Under the pieces are notes generated by a model. The model was not told where the DNA came from. It was given only the letters and a program-made list of their open reading frames with translations, and did not search any database. Shown piece after piece: positions 9,535 through 16,145 of a stretch of DNA of 20,000 bases. This stretch comes from an uncultured virus (IMG/VR IMGVR_UViG_3300017785_009958). Taxonomy: Duplodnaviria; Heunggongvirae; Uroviricota; Caudoviricetes. The translations under genes and the position numbers were made by a program. The DNA lies in IMG/VR virus record IMGVR_UViG_3300017785_009958. The stretch is one strand, 5' to 3'. The stretch's first letter is position 1, and every line of letters starts with the position of its first letter.

Positions 9535-10110
9535 TTAATTTAAAACGGCAACCTTTACGATCTTTGGATGTGAGTCTGCAAAATCAATAGCATCACTTTT
9601 ATTAACAAAGAATACATCAATTACCGGTAACTTGCCACCGGATGCTACCTTGTCTCTAACAGCAGTACCTGTATCAACAGCTTTAACTAAACCCACATTA
9701 GGAATAATTACTTCCTTCTGATATGGTATAATACGTGGATCAACAGCAATAGAGTCACCTTGCTTGAGTGTATATCCAGTAGAACTTCTCATTCTACGAC
9801 TATCAGCATCAGTACCACTGCCCCGGGCCCAATATACCGTCAATCTAACAGTAAGTACTTTATATTCACCGCTATCTGTTTTTGGGATGAAGGTACCATT
9901 ATATTTTATACCATCTTTCTTCACTTCTATCTTTTTTGCGACCTCTTGTTCTTTTGTAGGTGTTAATGACTTTAGCTCTTTCTTTACATCACTAACAGTT
10001 AACTTCTTTTCTATCCGCTTAAAAGCAGACATGCTTATAGGATTAGCAGTTAAAATTAGACCGATTACTATTAGTACTAGCTTGTTTGTTTTTGTGTTTT
10101 TTGTTTTCAT
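9535..10110 (-). CDS. 3D-domain (MltA-like) peptidoglycan lytic transglycosylase-like protein with an N-terminal signal/TM segment
   Basis: IAVDPRIIP, AVDTGTAV and IDVFF (the three Asp); LVLIVIGLILTA hydrophobic segment. Confidence 0.85.
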   Translation of the reverse strand: MKTKNTKTNKLVLIVIGLILTANPISMSAFKRIEKKLTVSDVKKELKSLTPTKEQEVAKKIEVKKDGIKYNGTFIPKTDSGEYKVLTVRLTVYWARGSGTDADSRRMRSSTGYTLKQGDSIAVDPRIIPYQKEVIIPNVGLVKAVDTGTAVRDKVASGGKLPVIDVFFVNKSDAIDFADSHPKIVKVAVLN

Positions 10111-10169
10111 AGATTAAAAAGAGGTCGCTTAGCGACGAGCCTTTAGGGCGTTAATGTATGTCTTAATAT

Positions 10170-10628
10170 TTAATCTAGTCTAACGGATTCCCAAGGAAAG
10201 TCAAGCCAAACATTGTCGTCAAATTCTTTAATATGAAAATTAGGAATAAATTGTGTCGACTTTTTTATGTAAAGGGTTGCAAATTTAAAGTTTGTAAACT
10301 CACATGATTCAAAATAATCTTTTGCAGCTAGAAGTGTTTTACCCTTGTCAGAAAGATCGTCAATAACAACTACTCTTTTTTCTCTAAATTCTGAATTAAA
10401 TTTAAACCCCGGTATCTGACCAAATTCTAACTCCCCTGCTGTAAATTCACTATAAGATTTGATAGTAAAATTAACAACTGGTATGTCATATATGTAAGAA
10501 ATAATAGTACCAGGAACTAAGCCACCGCGACCAATGGCAGCTATAGCATCACACGGACCAATTAAATTAGCTAATTCTTTGCAGTCCTTATTAACCTGCT
10601 CCCAAGTTAAGCTGATACGTTCAGGCAT
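10170..10628 (-). CDS. Type I purine phosphoribosyltransferase (Gpt/Hpt-like)
   Basis: AIGRGGLVPG, VVVIDDLSDKGKTL (PRPP loop) and WLDFPWE. ATG 10628 is preferred because of the promoter geometry. Confidence 0.9.
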   Translation of the reverse strand: MPERISLTWEQVNKDCKELANLIGPCDAIAAIGRGGLVPGTIISYIYDIPVVNFTIKSYSEFTAGELEFGQIPGFKFNSEFREKRVVVIDDLSDKGKTLLAAKDYFESCEFTNFKFATLYIKKSTQFIPNFHIKEFDDNVWLDFPWESVRLD

Positions 10629-10634
10629 CAATAC

Positions 10635-10662
10635 ATTATATTTTAAAAATTAAGATAATCAA
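10635..10662 (-). promoter_or_regulatory. sigma70-type promoter
   Basis: TTGATT-N16-TATAAT-N6-ATG(10628). Confidence 0.65.
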
Positions 10663-10934
10663 ACCTTATCAAATACACTTGCTATATCCTTGTGAAGAGT
10701 GCTCATATTAACCATAATATATTCATAATCTTCTTTAAGCCCGCGGGCCGCTCTCTTGGACATATTGTTGAGCTCGGAGGCAATACGCTTCTTTAAAACA
10801 TCTGCCTTCTCTTCATTTTCACTTCTTACACTACTGTATTCGCGAGGTGAATACGTATAAGAATCTGTATTACGTGTGGTATTATTAATACCAGCATTAT
10901 ATGCTTCGGCTATAGCTTTATGATCTGGGGTCAC
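10659..10934 (-). CDS. Hypothetical protein (possible internal head protein)
   Basis: GTG start; N-terminus DHKAIAEAY; variant late box TAAGTA 5 nt upstream. Confidence 0.7.
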   Translation of the reverse strand: MTPDHKAIAEAYNAGINNTTRNTDSYTYSPREYSSVRSENEEKADVLKKRIASELNNMSKRAARGLKEDYEYIMVNMSTLHKDIASVFDKV

Positions 10935-10949
10935 TTAAATACTTATGTT

Positions 10950-11183
10950 GTGGCTGACTCTGAATCTATAAAAAAACGCAAAGCTGCAGCCAAGAGAATA
11001 CTTAGAGATATAGAGTTTTATAAGGTTTGTGTTGGCTGTGAATCAGTAATATTAAAAGAAGACATCTTCTGCCCGGTATGTGATGCTTATAGGTTTAATG
11101 AAGATCAAGAGTATACAAGAAGGGTTGTTGAAGAATTATCAAAACGAGAGCAAGTAAGCATATTACCGAACGATTTTATCTAA
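10950..11183 (+). CDS. Small zinc-ribbon protein (CxxC-x10-CxxC) resembling a conserved Verrucomicrobia hypothetical protein
   Basis: YKVCVGCESV...CPVCDAYRF...LSKREQVSI; GTG 10950 lies downstream of TAAATA at 10936-10941. Confidence 0.7.
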   Translation: MADSESIKKRKAAAKRILRDIEFYKVCVGCESVILKEDIFCPVCDAYRFNEDQEYTRRVVEELSKREQVSILPNDFI

Positions 11184-11324
11184 GGGAATGTAGTCGTTAA
11201 GATATCTAGAAAGCAAAATAACTCTTTTCATCATTTCATCTTTTTTCATGCCTTTGTTCTTTTTAGCCTTATCGTAAAGGTCTAAAATTTCATCTGCGGT
11301 GACTTTTTTTCTGTCCACCTTCAT
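11163..11324 (-). CDS. Small basic late protein (53 aa, not in the ORF track)
   Basis: MKVDRKKVTADEILDLYDKAKK...DKIVR; TAAATA 5 nt upstream of the ATG. Confidence 0.6.
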   Translation of the reverse strand: MKVDRKKVTADEILDLYDKAKKNKGMKKDEMMKRVILLSRYLNDYIPLDKIVR

Positions 11325-11381
11325 AATAATATTTAATCTTATTCAAGTTGCATTCCTATGCAAGTATTATAATATAAACAT

Positions 11382-11576
11382 ATGTCAAACATCAATCCTC
11401 TCACACTACAAGAACATGTCGCAACCTTCACTGCCGAATACGAAAAGTTTTCTGGTGGCAACAATGCCGCTGGTACTCGTGCCCGCAAGGCCCTTCAAGA
11501 AGTAATTAAGTTTGCTCGTGAAGCACGTAAGGGTGTTCAAGAAGAAAAGAACGCTCGTAAAGCTTCTAAGTCTTAA
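11382..11576 (+). CDS. Histone H1-like nucleoid protein, Hc1 family
   Basis: EKFSGGNNAAGTRARKALQEV motif; upstream TTGCAT-N16-TAATAT-N6-ATG. Confidence 0.8.
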   Translation: MSNINPLTLQEHVATFTAEYEKFSGGNNAAGTRARKALQEVIKFAREARKGVQEEKNARKASKS

Positions 11577-11911
11577 GTTTTCTTTGCTAAACGCTTCCGT
11601 TCATTTCGATGGACGGAGGCTATAGCTTGTACAACTTGAGTTGCACGATCTAAGTTGTCTACTGTTCTATAAATTGCCTCAACAATATCGTAAGCTGCAT
11701 GTATAGCTTTACGATCTGTATCAACATCCTCAAGAGTTATTGATTTTGTCTTCTTAGGTTTTTCAGCATCTTCTGCTTTGATAGCTCCTGCTACAGGTCC
11801 TGTTGGCTTAGAAATTGCCTGTGCCAGAGGCGATGTCTTATTAATGGGAGGTGCAACCGGTACACCAGGCATTGAATAAGCTTCATATATAAGGTGACAG
11901 TCCTTAAGCAT
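11573..11911 (-). CDS. Hypothetical late protein (possible internal head protein)
   Basis: N-terminus DCHLIYEAY; CATAAATA 5 nt upstream. Confidence 0.75.
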   Translation of the reverse strand: MLKDCHLIYEAYSMPGVPVAPPINKTSPLAQAISKPTGPVAGAIKAEDAEKPKKTKSITLEDVDTDRKAIHAAYDIVEAIYRTVDNLDRATQVVQAIASVHRNERKRLAKKT

Positions 11912-11940
11912 ATGAATATTTATGGATCTATACTACTATA

Positions 11941-12135
11941 TTACCAATGATGTATAGCGTTTGCTATAATAAAACCACACGTAATAAAGTTAACTAAAAC
12001 AATTAGTGTACGAATCAAGAGACTAATGTTAGCATCTCGTACCCTGAGTGTGGGTACATCCGGCTTACAATCATCGGTTAAGCCTACTCGATGATCTACC
12101 GCTCGAGACCAAATAAGCCAAAGTTTAGTAAGCAT
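11941..12135 (-). CDS. Conserved small membrane protein of T4-like aquatic phages
   Basis: LWLIWSRA...LIRTLIVLVNFITCGFIIANAIHHW, a pattern recalled from cyanophage-type proteins. Confidence 0.7.
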   Translation of the reverse strand: MLTKLWLIWSRAVDHRVGLTDDCKPDVPTLRVRDANISLLIRTLIVLVNFITCGFIIANAIHHW

Positions 12136-12272
12136 TAGTATTTCCTACGCTTGGTACCTTTATCAGAGCGCTGAGCCCTAGCCTTCTTTATACCACAAGC
12201 ATTACGCAAATACTTTGCATAGCTCTTATTTGCACTGTTACCGTAATATCCAATAATTTTACTTGTTGCCAT
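12135..12272 (-). CDS. Small basic protein with RSDKG motif (45 aa, not in the ORF track)
   Basis: MATSKIIGYY...RAQRSDKGTKRRKY; TAATG overlap with the next gene; promoter TTGAAA-N16-TATCAT-N7-ATG. Confidence 0.6.
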   Translation of the reverse strand: MATSKIIGYYGNSANKSYAKYLRNACGIKKARAQRSDKGTKRRKY

Positions 12273-12296
12273 ATCCTTTATGATAAAGGAATAATA

Positions 12297-12455
12297 TTAT
12301 TTTTCAAATGATTTTTTAACAATTAACTCTTGTTGTCTCTTGAGTACTTGTTGCACATATTGACATTGAACCTGACCGCCCAGCTTTTCTATAACTGCTT
12401 CACATTCTTTAAGGGAAAGTTGATTAACTTTCTTTTTCTTTGCTTTTTTGGACAT
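12297..12455 (-). CDS. Small basic late protein
   Basis: MSKKAKKKK...; start reassigned to 12455, 5 nt after TAAATA. Confidence 0.65.
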   Translation of the reverse strand: MSKKAKKKKVNQLSLKECEAVIEKLGGQVQCQYVQQVLKRQQELIVKKSFEK

Positions 12456-12478
12456 ATGATTATTTAGTCTTTTAATCA

Positions 12479-12486
12479 CATAAATA
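12479..12486 (+). promoter_or_regulatory. T4-like late promoter (CATAAATA) heading the fibre-tip array
   Basis: CATAAATA-N5-ATG; back-to-back with a minus-strand TAAATA at 12461-12466. Confidence 0.75.
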
Positions 12487-12491
12487 CTAAT

Positions 12492-13046
12492 ATGGCCGAT
12501 GTAGCTATATCTGAATTAACGCCTCGTAATCCTACGAGCTCTGCAGTTTTGCCATATTATGAAAGCGGTGAAACATATAGGGCGACATTAACACAGATAC
12601 GTCAAATAGCTGCTGCACCGCAGGGGTTAATATTAATATGGTCGGGATCTATAGCCAGTATACCCACGGGATGGAATTTGTGTGATGGGAGCACAGTGGC
12701 TGGGTATGGCGTGGTGCCAGATTTAAGAGACAGATTCATAGTGGGCAGTGGGTCCACATATGCACTAAACTCAACTGGAGGAAGTAAAGATTCAATTGTA
12801 GTAGCACACACACATACCGGTACAGCAGCTGCACACACACATTCTGCAAATGTGTCTGTTGTAGTTGGTAATCATAGTTATAGGTCTTGTACTACCTCTT
12901 GTAAGAGTGTAACAAATTATGGAGGGTCAACAACAGGTAGCACTGATGCTGCAGCACCTGCACTTACAATTGATGCACAAGGCAGTGCAGGTACTAATGC
13001 CAATCTACCTCCCTACCTGGCTCTGGCATTCATAATAAAGGTATAA
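12492..13046 (+). CDS. Short tail-collar/fibre-tip protein, paralogue 1
   Basis: MADVAISELTP; LIWSGSIASIPTGWNLCDG; PDLRDRFIVG; two HTH (HxH) motifs; NLPPYLALAFIIK. Confidence 0.85.
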   Translation: MADVAISELTPRNPTSSAVLPYYESGETYRATLTQIRQIAAAPQGLILIWSGSIASIPTGWNLCDGSTVAGYGVVPDLRDRFIVGSGSTYALNSTGGSKDSIVVAHTHTGTAAAHTHSANVSVVVGNHSYRSCTTSCKSVTNYGGSTTGSTDAAAPALTIDAQGSAGTNANLPPYLALAFIIKV

Positions 13047-13047
13047 T

Positions 13048-13605
13048 ATGGCAGACGTAACAATAGATCAATTAACACCTCGACAACCCACAGCAGCTGC
13101 TATTCTTCCTTTCATGAATTCCGGTGTTACAGATGCAAATAATGCTACTAGCAGCCAGGCAAGTTCTGTTGCATTTCCAGTTGGCTTTATAGGCATGTGG
13201 TCAGGTAGTACTGTTCCGGCCGGTTGGTATATTTGTGATGGTACCAACGGTACTCCAGACTTAAGAAACCAATTCATAATTGGTTCCTCGCAAGACAATG
13301 CAGGACAAAGTGTAACTACTGTTACAGGAAGCAATACAAAAACAGGTGGTGCTGCTGATGCTGTCAACGTTAGCCACACACACACAGCATCCATGCCTCA
13401 TGTGCACTCTGGACAAGTCACAAGCGTGTCTGTTGCAACATTCAGCGTATCGAATGGTAGTGTGGCAGGACCAATCTATTCTGGCATGAATGCAGGATCA
13501 ACTGGTTCAGCTGCGCCTGCTGTGACAATTAACTCACAAGGTTCTTCTGGTGCAAACGCAAACCTTCCACCCTACTATGCCCTGGCATACATAATGAAAG
13601 CATAA
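13048..13605 (+). CDS. Short tail-collar/fibre-tip protein, paralogue 2
   Basis: MADVTIDQLTP; GWYICDG; PDLRNQF; HTH and HVH; NLPPYYALAYIMK. Confidence 0.85.
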   Translation: MADVTIDQLTPRQPTAAAILPFMNSGVTDANNATSSQASSVAFPVGFIGMWSGSTVPAGWYICDGTNGTPDLRNQFIIGSSQDNAGQSVTTVTGSNTKTGGAADAVNVSHTHTASMPHVHSGQVTSVSVATFSVSNGSVAGPIYSGMNAGSTGSAAPAVTINSQGSSGANANLPPYYALAYIMKA

Positions 13606-13607
13606 AC

Positions 13608-14153
13608 ATGGCTGACCAAACAATAGATCAATTAGCAAATGCAGTACCTGTTGCTGCTTCACTTGTACCATATTCAGAAAGCGGTACAACATACTGCGCA
13701 ACAATGACGCAGATTGTGGGCGGTACACCTGCAGGTATCATAGGCATATGGAGCGGTACTGTTGCCTCCATACCTGCTGGATGGGCTCTATGTGATGGTC
13801 AAGCAGGTCGACCAGATCTAAGAAATAAATTCGTTATAGGTGCAGGTAATTCCTATGCAGTTAATGGTAGCGGCGGTAGTAAGGACGCTATTGTGGTTAA
13901 TCATACTCACACTGGTAGTGTTGAATCACATACACACACCGGTGTGTTAAAAACTGTATATAGTGCTTCTGTAGGTAATTTAAATCGTACTAACTCTGTT
14001 CCAGCTGATCCACATCCTTACCCTACGGGTAATACTTTAGGCAATACTGGTGCAGCTACGCCTGTAACTTTGACTGTAGCTGCAGCTGGTTCATCTGGTA
14101 CCAATGCTAACTTACCGCCTTTTTATGCCTTGTGTTATATTCAGAAGTCATGA
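13608..14153 (+). CDS. Short tail-collar/fibre-tip protein, paralogue 3
   Basis: MADQTIDQL; GWALCDG; PDLRNKF; two HTH motifs; NLPPFYALCYIQK. Confidence 0.85.
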   Translation: MADQTIDQLANAVPVAASLVPYSESGTTYCATMTQIVGGTPAGIIGIWSGTVASIPAGWALCDGQAGRPDLRNKFVIGAGNSYAVNGSGGSKDAIVVNHTHTGSVESHTHTGVLKTVYSASVGNLNRTNSVPADPHPYPTGNTLGNTGAATPVTLTVAAAGSSGTNANLPPFYALCYIQKS

Positions 14154-14221
14154 TATACTAACGAGCGAAGCGATTCGGCACAGCCCAAAACATAAATAAA
14201 CAATATGGCCGATGTAACAAT
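14154..14221 (+). repeat. Direct repeat copy 1 (intergenic CGAGCG box, late promoter and gene start)
   Basis: Ungapped match of 59/68 nt to 14827-14894. Confidence 0.85.
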
Positions 14222-14822
14222 TAACCAGTTAACACCTGGCACCCCCATAGGCACCGGTGTGATACCCTATTCAGATGGCAACACTACAACAAAAGTGACT
14301 GTGAGTCAAATCAATGCATTGGCCAGCGGTGTTCCGGCTGGCACGGTCATCATGTGGCCTGTCAATACTCCTCCAGCTGGTTATCTGGAGTGCAATGGCA
14401 GTACAGTGAGTCGGGTAACATATGCTGCATTGTTTGGTGTCATTGGAACAACATATGGAGCAGGTGATGGTTACACAACTTTTGCACTGCCAGACTACAG
14501 AGGAAGATTTTTAAGAGGATGGGATCATGGTGCAGCAGTGGATCCTGACAGAGCCACCAGGACGAACAGAGGTGATGGTACCACTGGAGATAATACAGGC
14601 ACCAAGCAAGCAGATGCCTTGCAGAACATAACTGGGGCTTATAGTGGTGAATCAAGGGGTAACGCAAGTGGTGCTTTTGCAGACGTATACGGAGGAGACG
14701 GAGGTTTTAATGGTGCAGGAATACAACCAACTAGTTGGAATTTTGATGCATCAAGAGTAGCCAGAACATCCACTGAAACACGCCCTACCAACATCAACAT
14801 AATGTTTTGCATCAAGACCTAA
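14205..14822 (+). CDS. Short tail-collar/fibre-tip protein, paralogue 4 (different collar subtype)
   Basis: GYLECNGSTVSRVTYAALFGVIGTTYGAGDGYTTFALPDYRGRFLRGWD; ETRPTNINIMFCIK; no HxH motif. Confidence 0.88.
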   Translation: MADVTINQLTPGTPIGTGVIPYSDGNTTTKVTVSQINALASGVPAGTVIMWPVNTPPAGYLECNGSTVSRVTYAALFGVIGTTYGAGDGYTTFALPDYRGRFLRGWDHGAAVDPDRATRTNRGDGTTGDNTGTKQADALQNITGAYSGESRGNASGAFADVYGGDGGFNGAGIQPTSWNFDASRVARTSTETRPTNINIMFCIKT

Positions 14823-14826
14823 CAGC

Positions 14827-14894
14827 TATACTTACGAGCGCAGCGAATTGGCACGGCCTGAAGCATAAATAAACAATATGGCAGATGTAACAAT
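14827..14894 (+). repeat. Direct repeat copy 2
   Basis: Ungapped match of 59/68 nt to 14154-14221. Confidence 0.85.
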
Positions 14895-15414
14895 ATCTGG
14901 ACTCAGTCCAATAACGCCGTCCGCAGGCCTATTCTTACCTGCCTCAAATAGTACTACAACTGGAAGAGTATCTATATCGGATATTAACTCTTTAGCCTCC
15001 GGTGTGCCAATCGGTACCATAGTTATGTGGTCAAATTATAATGGGGCAAGCATTCCCTCGGGATGGCAGCTTTGTGATGGTACAAATAATACTCCAAATT
15101 TAAAAGATAAATTCATTGTGGGAGCAGGAGGCGCATATGCCTTAGGGTCAACAGGAGGTGCCTCTTCTATAACCCCTGAAGGAACCATAGGAGCAACATC
15201 ATTGAATTCTTCTCAACAAATTTCATTGAATTTTGGTAGAGATGTCGCTACTGGTTGTTATGAGCCAAACGTCAAGGGGTCCCCCAAGTGTAACGTTTCA
15301 TATGCTTATGGAGTAGCGAGTTATGGGGGGTCTCATTCTCATCCATTCACAGGAACAAGTCATACCAATCTGCCTCCCTATCAAGGTGTATTTTTTATAA
15401 TAAAGGTATCTTAA
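14878..15414 (+). CDS. Short tail-collar/fibre-tip protein, paralogue 5
   Basis: MADVTISGLSP; GWQLCDG; PNLKDKFIVG; HSH; NLPPYQGVFFIIK. Confidence 0.85.
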   Translation: MADVTISGLSPITPSAGLFLPASNSTTTGRVSISDINSLASGVPIGTIVMWSNYNGASIPSGWQLCDGTNNTPNLKDKFIVGAGGAYALGSTGGASSITPEGTIGATSLNSSQQISLNFGRDVATGCYEPNVKGSPKCNVSYAYGVASYGGSHSHPFTGTSHTNLPPYQGVFFIIKVS

Positions 15415-16145
15415 TGAAATATAATAATCTAAATTTTAAAATATGCCCAGAGGATGGATATGTGGAACTGGAAGGTAAGCTATTTTATCTTTCTCTTGAA
15501 AAGTGTATTTCATCAAATATAAGTAGAATAAATTACTCAAACAATAGGGGAGAAGTAGAGTTTTTTGATAAAATCAACAATAATGAAGTAGTTTTTAACA
15601 GTGATAGTTTTGATCACATCGTTGACCTGGCTCTGAGCATAGGAAGCAAATATGATTCCTTAACTACAATAAACAAATTAAATGAGGTCTATAGTTTTGA
15701 AAAATTTACAATATGCAGAGGCATAGAGAATGGCTCATTTACCAGAGAATTTAATATCAAATCGCGCTTTAACTCACACTATGTTTACATTACCCGGGGA
15801 AATGTAATTGCTAAGGAGGTGGGTCTGTCATTGAATGAAGGTACCATGTACTATGTAAAAAATACTTTCAACAAATCCATTGCATTTGAGGCGCATAACT
15901 CCGTGCAGTGGATAAGCTTTAATCCTGTTGATATTGACCAAGAATATAGGGTAGAGGTTTTTAAGGAATCTAAGGAACTAGCCAATTGCTACATTATTCC
16001 TCTGGATGGAACAATCTTGGTAAATCGAATGCTTCATGAGGTTGATAGTGTTGCTAATATAACTCATGCAAGCAAAGTTGAACCAGGAACATCTGCAGGC
16101 TTTATGGTGATTTATAAAGCAAATGAGGAGCTTAGGAATGGCTGA
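15414..16145 (+). CDS. Fibre-associated protein: putative fibre-chaperone-like N-terminus plus cupin-like C-terminal half
   Basis: TAATG coupling to paralogue 5; ICPEDGYVELEG...RINYSNNRGEVEF; HYVYITRGNV...LNEGTMYYV. More AT-rich than its neighbours. Confidence 0.5.
   Translation: MKYNNLNFKICPEDGYVELEGKLFYLSLEKCISSNISRINYSNNRGEVEFFDKINNNEVVFNSDSFDHIVDLALSIGSKYDSLTTINKLNEVYSFEKFTICRGIENGSFTREFNIKSRFNSHYVYITRGNVIAKEVGLSLNEGTMYYVKNTFNKSIAFEAHNSVQWISFNPVDIDQEYRVEVFKESKELANCYIIPLDGTILVNRMLHEVDSVANITHASKVEPGTSAGFMVIYKANEELRNG

Noticed and set aside
10111..10165. c-di-AMP or c-di-GMP riboswitch upstream of the 3D-domain gene
   Set aside because: Too short, and the conserved sequence blocks of those families are not recognisable.
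14154..14894. CRISPR array
   Set aside because: Only two imperfect repeats, separated by a whole gene; no cas genes.
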